From NCBI RefSeq assembly GCF_009914755.1, contig NC_060926.1: DNA of 64,000 bases. One strand, written 5' to 3'. Positions 62,470-64,000 of the stretch are shown here, in pieces. Position 1 is the first letter of the stretch. Every line of letters starts with the position of its first letter. Origin of the DNA: the human T2T-CHM13v2.0 reference genome, Homo sapiens. The translations under genes and the position numbers were made by a program. The notes under the pieces were generated by a model. That model was given only the letters and a program-made list of their open reading frames with translations, did no database searches and was not told the DNA's origin.

Positions 62470-62887
62470 TGTATTATTATGTCCACAATATGGTCTTCTC
62501 CTTTGACATGATACCTATGAATTCCAGAGTAAAAATTTCTTACTATTTATTTTCCTAGTCATTGGAATCCACCTCTTACAAATTTAACTAAACTATTTTT
62601 CCATTTGTATAATATAATCAGTAAGAGCACAAAAAACAATGACAATTAGGCAATGAAAAGAGCAGGTTTTGGTTTCTTGAAAAAGTTGAAAATCAGCAAA
62701 TGCAATCAATTACGTGTATGAGTTTTTCACAACAATGACAATGTGGCCATATTTAATGACTCTTGGGGCTTTGTAGCATAAATAATGGCATAAAAATAAC
62801 CTACCAGTGAGCACCACAGAAGGTAATCCACATTCTTGGTAGAATAGTTTTCCTTTTTAAATGTTCCAAAGATAAAAGAAATTTATT

Positions 62888-63205
62888 GGCCATGGTGGCT
62901 CACGCCTGTAACCCCAGCACTTTGGAAGGCCGAGGCAGGCAGATCTCTTGAGCCCAGGAGTTCGAGACCAACCCCATCTGGACAAAAAATACAAAAAATT
63001 AGCTGAGCATGGTGACATGCATGCCTGCAGTCTCAGCTACTTGGGAGGTTGAGGTAGAAGGATCACCTGAATCTAGGAGGTTGAGGCTGCGATAAACCAT
63101 GATCGTGCCACTGCACTCCAGCCCGGGTGACAGAGTGAGACCCTGTCTCAAAAAAAAAAAAAAAAAGAAAAAGAAAGAAAGAAAGAAAAGAAAAGAAAAG
63201 AAAAG
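62888..63205 (+). mobile_element. AluJ with ~19-nt deletion in the left arm and (GAAAA)n tail
   Basis: gagttcgagacca|accccatct lacks gcctgggcaacatggtgaa; J diagnostics. Confidence 0.88.
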
Positions 63206-64000
63206 ACATTGCTAACACAAAGACCTCAGTAACTAGTTCATTTAATGCCTTCAAATTCTAGATTAAGAAAGCTGAGGCACGGGAAGACTAGCTAGTAACT
63301 CATACATGGTTTAAGCACAGAGAACTAGAAACTAACTGTCTTGATTTGTTTCTGTACTTCATGTCATTTATATCATTTTGCAAATCTTTGTGCCAAAAGA
63401 CATCAACCCAACCCCAGCCCACCCCCATGACTCCGGATACATTTCCAAGTATATCTTGAAAGGCCTTGTTTTTCTTGCAGTAGCTTTTTGTGGCTTTTCA
63501 TTTTGCATTTCATGTTTCTCTTGAAATTAGGACAAATTGTGGAAAAGGAGACCTGTCTGCATATTCTGTTAAAACTTGAAAGATGATGACTGGCTTATTT
63601 TTAAATTTTACAAAGCATGTAAATTTGTTCATCTTTGTTAGCTGAGATTCTGCCCCAAAACCCCACTCTCATCACTGGACACATCACTTTTCACTACTCT
63701 TTTTTTGGCAGGCCTTCAAGTAGATCTTTGTCTTTTACATTTTTCGAATAGTATGCAGATTATATCCTTGTTGCCTGGTGAACCTAATGCCTTAGATAGG
63801 TCTGACTGTTCAAAAGTAAGGAATTGCCAAATTGCTCCCGGCATACGTATCACTTAAAATAAATGTAATACCAAAAGAGTTTATTGTGGGAAGTTTCTCT
63901 GTTATTCAAAGATCCAATGCATCTTCCCCTAAAATCTGAATATATCTGCATGTATATTTGTAAATGAGTTAATTTGATAGTTATCAACATAGAAAAGCTT

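Overview
This is AT-rich, repeat-dense primate (human-like) genomic DNA, mostly intronic, which I recognise as part of the muscle gene XIRP2 on the + strand. It holds three gene features. (1) A 154-bp coding exon at 7867-8020 (EVEIERSLCSPAFKSHPGSQLEDSVKDSDKKGKETSFDKMSPESGHSRIFE). (2) A probable frame-preserving cassette exon at about 56506-56604, with a CAGCAGCAG tandem acceptor, embedded in an old antisense L1. (3) A probable internal muscle promoter and non-coding first exon at about 59230-59495, with a perfect MEF2 site, an AP-1 site, a consensus AAG|GTAAGT donor and two uORFs. The rest is layered transposable elements: 12 Alus, a 5'-inverted L1PA3-like insertion with a short apparent 3' transduction, a complete THE1A provirus, solo LTRs (MER11, MSTB, MER77, MER34/39, MER21, LTR41-like), L2, MIR and DNA-transposon relics. 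Nearly all ORF-track entries are repeat-derived or spurious. I found no convincing novel protein-coding system. The most interesting signals are regulatory and splicing features and the rearrangement history of the transposons. Gene and repeat names come from recall of known sequences, not from database searches.
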